This document shows, in pieces, positions 58,644 to 64,000 of a stretch of DNA of 64,000 nt (positions within the stretch are counted from its first letter, which is position 1; every line of letters begins with the position of its first letter). The position numbers and the translations under genes were made by a program. The DNA lies in NCBI RefSeq assembly GCF_009914755.1, contig NC_060931.1. One strand, given 5' to 3'. The DNA is from the human T2T-CHM13v2.0 reference genome, Homo sapiens. The notes beneath the pieces were generated by a model. It was not told the origin of the DNA and did no database searches. It worked only from the letters and a program-made list of their open reading frames with translations.

Positions 58644-59715
58644 TTACAAGTTTTGTTTTTTTTTTTTTTAATGAAAGCAGAGGAATCTTACAAAGTTCCT
58701 GTTAAAGTGGGTAATTCTAGGTATATGACTTTATCAACATCACTCAAGCATTTACTCAGTATCTGCTCAGGATACTCAGTAACTGAGTATCCTGTTCATG
58801 ATACTGGAACTGAGGAAAGAAACTGAGGAACTGAGGAAAGAAAGCCCTGCAGATAAAATAGGGCCCTACTCTTCTCAGAGAGCTCAAAGTGAACGATAAG
58901 GATCACAGACCGGGTGCGGTGGCTCACGCCTCTAATCCCAGCACTTTGGGAGGCTGAGGCCGGCAGATCACCTGAGGTCGGGAGTTCAAGACCAGCCTGA
59001 CCAACACGGAGAAAGCCCGTCTCTACTAAAAATACAAAATTAGTCAGGTGGGCATGGTGGTGCACGCCTGTAATCCCAGCTACTAAGGCATCTGTAATGC
59101 CAGAGACTGAGGCAGGAGAATCAATTAAACCTGGGAGGCGGGGGTTGTGGTAAGTAGAGATCACACCATTGCACTCCAACCTGGGAAACAAGAGGGAAAC
59201 TCTGTCTCAAAAAAAAAAAAAAAAAAATGATAGTTGACATTCCTCTATCTAAAGGAGAAAATAGTTTTAAGTAAGAGATCATGTTGGTACCTAGAACAAC
59301 CGAAAACAATGTCAAACACTAAAACCCCAGACCTATCAAGGAATCTGCACAACAATAAAAAACTGTCTCAAGCAAAAGCTATACAAAAAACCCCCAAAAA
59401 CTAGTAAATCTAAGCTCTTTCTTTTCTTTCTTTTTCTTTTTTGTTTTTCTTCTGACAGAGTTTCACTTTCGCCCAGGCTGGAGTGAAGTGGTGTGATATT
59501 GGCTCACCGCAACCTCTGCCTCCTGGGTTCAAGCAACTCCCTGCCTCAGCCTCCGGAGTAGCTGAGATTACAAGCGCCTGTCACCACGCCCGGCTAATGT
59601 TTTTTGTATTTTCAGTAGAGACGGGGTTTCACCATCTTGGCCAGGCTGGTCTTGAGCTCCTGACCTCGTGATCCACCTGCCTTGGCCTCCCAAAGTGCTG
59701 GGATTACAGGTGTGA

Positions 59716-59910
<195 letters not shown>

Positions 59911-60569
59911 TAGCACATATAGATCAACTGTAGCATTGTAAAAGGGAAACAGATATTCAAATAATTTGCTCCATGAGTAGAAACTTTAAAATCATCATTC
60001 CTGGCAATATTCCACTTTTACAATCCACCGATGAATAAGACAAGTGACCTGAAATTGCGTTTATGCTTTCTACATCCCATTATGTAAAATAATTAAGCTT
60101 ATCCTTCACACCTTAAATGTATCATATCAAAGGCTGAGAGACCTTCGAAGGTCGCCAGGATAAATGTATCACATCAAAGACTGGGAAGGTTTCAAATTTC
60201 ACCCTTAATACTACAAGTTCTAATTAGGAATCATTTTTACATACTTGCATATAAATTATACCACCCAGGTGAAAACCGGCATTTCAGTTGATTTATTCAA
60301 CTGATAGAAAAAGAAAAGCTTACAGTCGCTACTGATCACTATTTAAAAACCGGAAAATAAAAAACGTACAATTAAATGCCCTCTTCTGCGTAGAGCTAGG
60401 TAGTTTTTTACAACCATACACATCCATACAACCGCCATCCCTTAATTTTTCTAATATTTTCGTCTCGCATATCAAACCAAAACCAAACCTCTCTCTCTTC
60501 CGGGAGCGAAGAGCCCTTTCACTCCCTTCGGAAGATGCGTAAATTTCAAAAGAGGAACATAGCGCTGGG

Positions 60570-61770
60570 GGAGGGTAATAATCTGCAGCTCAAAAAAACC
60601 GCGGGTGGAGAAGACGACCCCGGCCCCCGAACGCCTGCTTCTAAGACAAAGCTCAGCACCGCCAACCTCGACAAACATACAAAGAAGAAATACAAAAGCT
60701 TCTTCTCACAGTTGGGCGGAGGATGGGGGGCGGAGGGACGGAGGGACGTGAAAAGACGTTACAAACGGATGGCACGGAGAGAGGAGAGGGCCGGGAGCCA
60801 GGCAAGCTCGCTGGGGCCCTCGGCGGGGTGTCTAGGCCCGGAGAGGATCGCTGGGAGACCGGCTTCAAGTGACCACCTCCCGAGCCCCGGGAGCCGGAGG
60901 CAGCGGCGGGGGCATCCTTCCAGCGGCAGGGGAGGAGCCAGCCCACCTCTCCCCGATGCGCTCGCAGCCAGCTCAGGCAGCGCTCAGGGAAGTGTAAGCG
61001 GCGGTGCAGCCCCGCGGCTCCGCAGTAATCGCGCACCGCCAGGCCTCCGCGGACAGCGCTGAGGGCTCCGCGGCCCAGCGGGGGTTGACGCAGTGACTGG
61101 GGGAACGCGGCGGCAGCGGGGGCCGCGAGGGCTGCAGAGATCGAGACAACGCCGGTCCCCGCCCTCCCGCGCCTCTAGCCGCAGGCCGGCCGCCCTCCTC
61201 CCTCCCGCGCCGCAGGCTTGGCCCGCGGCCCCCTCCCCGCGCCCGGCGCTCCGCCGCGCAACGTCCTACCTGCAGGTGACCTGTTTAGTCCAGCCGCCGC
61301 CGCTGCCGTCGCTGCCGCCGCCCCCTCCGCCCGCCCCCAGGGACGGGGCGGTGACTGTGGGGATCGGGGTGGGGGAGGCTGCTGCCGCCGTCGCCGCTGC
61401 CGCTCCTGCTCCTGATGTTGTGGCTGTTGTTCCGGGAGTTGCAGCCTCCGCCATTACTGTTTATCCCACACAGCAAAGGCCCCGGAACTTCCGGGATCAC
61501 ATAGTTCCGGTCCGGCTGCGGGGAGAGGACGGCGAGGCCAGGCGAGGGGAGGGGAAGGACACTGAGGCACCCGTTCGGTCCCCGCCTGCTACGCGTCGCG
61601 TATCTGAGCGCTCTCGCCACTTCAACTGCGGGCCCAGAGCATGCGCGCCCGCGGCCCGCCCACGGCGCCGCTCATTGGTGGAGGGGACGTCTCCTCCGGA
61701 AAGGGGCGGGGCAAACGGGGGTCTGTACAGGTGTGTCCTAGGCTCGAAACCCCGGCGACGAAAGTCCATA
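60570..61770. promoter_or_regulatory. MKRN1: MKRN1 CpG island / TATA-less promoter
   Basis: Very high GC/CpG content. ETS site ACTTCCGG 61487-61494, NRF1-like GCATGCGC 61639-61646, CCAAT (minus) 61674-61678, GC box GGGGCGGGGC 61703-61712. Confidence 0.9.
61270..61454 (-). CDS. MKRN1: MKRN1 (makorin RING finger protein 1) exon 1 CDS, 185 nt
   Basis: ATG at 61454. MAEAATPGTTATTSGAGAAAATAAAAS...GGGWTKQVTCR, Ala/Gly-rich N-terminus. Donor AG|GTAGGA. Confidence 0.97.
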
Positions 61771-61794
61771 GTTAGCGGCTTTCTTCCTAGCAGA

Positions 61795-62045
61795 GGCTGA
61801 TATAGTGGAGCTGGGGCTGGGGACTAGGGACTTGCAGTCGGAAGACCTGGGTTTGAATCTGCACTTTCCCATTTCTCTAGTAATATTTGAGCTAGGTACT
61901 TGTTCTATCTGAGCCTCCGTTTCAGCCTCTCTCGAATAAGGATGACAGCAGACCCACATATGGTTGCTGTGAGGATTATATGATGTCCTTAGAAATCACT
62001 GAGCTTAGTGCCTGGTACATGGTAAACACTTAATAAAGGTTATCT
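61795..62045. mobile_element. MIR element upstream of the MKRN1 promoter
   Basis: GACCTGGGTTTGAATC...TCTGAGCCTCCGTTTC...GGTTGCTGTGAGGATTA...AGTGCCTGGTACATGGTAAACACTTAATAA. Confidence 0.7.
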
Positions 62046-62375
62046 CATTCCTGGTATCAGAGATGTGATCTTGGCCAAGTATTTTGGCTGAGCAATGCTC
62101 TAGAGGGCTGGTCCCCTTATCTCCAGGCTTCCCTTTCTAAGCCATGGGTCTTCTAGCAAATTATCCTACCTCTTGGTGCTCCTGCTTTCTCCTCTGTAAA
62201 AACGACAATAATAATAATAATAGGCCAGGCGCGGTGGCTCACGCCTGTAATCCCAGCACTTTGGGAGGCTGAGGTAGGCGAATCACCTGAGGTCATGAGT
62301 TCGAGATCAGCCTGGCCAACGTGGTGAAACCCCGTCTTTACTAAAAATACAAAAATTAGCCGGGTGTAGTGGCTA

Positions 62376-62567
<192 letters not shown>

Positions 62568-62571
62568 TTAA

Positions 62572-62661
<90 letters not shown>

Positions 62662-62999
62662 TGAGACCATCCTGGCTAACACGGTGAAACCCCGTCTCTA
62701 CTAAAAAATACAAAAAAATTAGCCGGTCATGATGGCGGGCGCCTGTAGTCCCAGCTACTCCGAGGCTGAGGCAGGAGAATGGAGTGAACCCGGGAGGCGA
62801 AGCTTGCAGTGAGCCGAGATCGCGCCACCGCACTCTAGCCACTGCACTGCAGCCTGGGCGACAAAGCTAGACTCCATCTCAAAAAAAAAAAACAAAAAGC
62901 AAAAAAAAAAAAAAAAAAACCCCTTTGCATTGTGCTTTTCACACTGCAGTGAATACATAATGAGTAACAAAATATGTCTGGAATATCCTAGCTTTTTTT

Positions 63000-63760
<761 letters not shown>

Positions 63761-64000
63761 CTACCACACAGGTAGTAACCTTTAGAGACACAATAGGTGG
63801 TAAATGTTTCTTTCAGACTTTTCAAGTTGTCAGACTCTCAGTTAATCTCTCTCAGGTCTGGGGAAGGGAGAGCCCGAAAGAAGGCTCTTGTAAATAGAGC
63901 CTTCTATTTTAAGGCTGAGAAATAAGGAATATCCTAGCTTCTGAGGATTACTTTTTTTTTTTTTTTTGAGACCGTCTTGCTCTGTCACCAGGCTGGAGTG

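Noticed and set aside
58806-58843. GGAACTGAGGAAAGAAA direct repeat; also SVA VNTR as array-like repeats
   Set aside because: Simple local duplication or VNTR; no repeat-spacer architecture, so not CRISPR-like.
60535-61800. 175-aa and 235-aa ORFs antisense to MKRN1 exon 1
   Set aside because: Low-complexity Arg/Pro/Ala frames expected in a CpG island; no recognisable domain.

Overview
Human genomic DNA (a human-specific AluYb8 and a hominid SVA are present), extremely Alu-dense, recognisable as the RAB19-MKRN1 locus (7q34, from recall). It contains (i) the last intron, last coding exon and Alu-filled 3' region of RAB19 (+); (ii) an intergenic stretch with a full-length SVA, a decayed but very CpG-rich NME4 retrocopy (-), a strong CTCF-like motif and old L1/LTR/DNA-transposon relics; (iii) the complete 8-exon MKRN1 gene (-), whose exons I joined by hand at GT-AG sites into a 1449-nt CDS (482 aa), with its CpG-island promoter, an intronic poly(A) site for the short isoform and two 3'UTR poly(A) signals. 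Nearly all other ORFs in the track are Alu/SVA artefacts. I see no evidence for a wholly new multi-gene system. The best leads are the NME4 retrocopy that looks like an orphan CpG island, the RNA-level control elements of MKRN1 (start-stop uORF in a hairpin, hairpins around the proximal poly(A) signal, an inverted-Alu-flanked symmetric exon 2) and atypical retrotransposon junctions. Repeat subfamily calls and comparisons to parent genes are from memory of consensus sequences, not from alignments.
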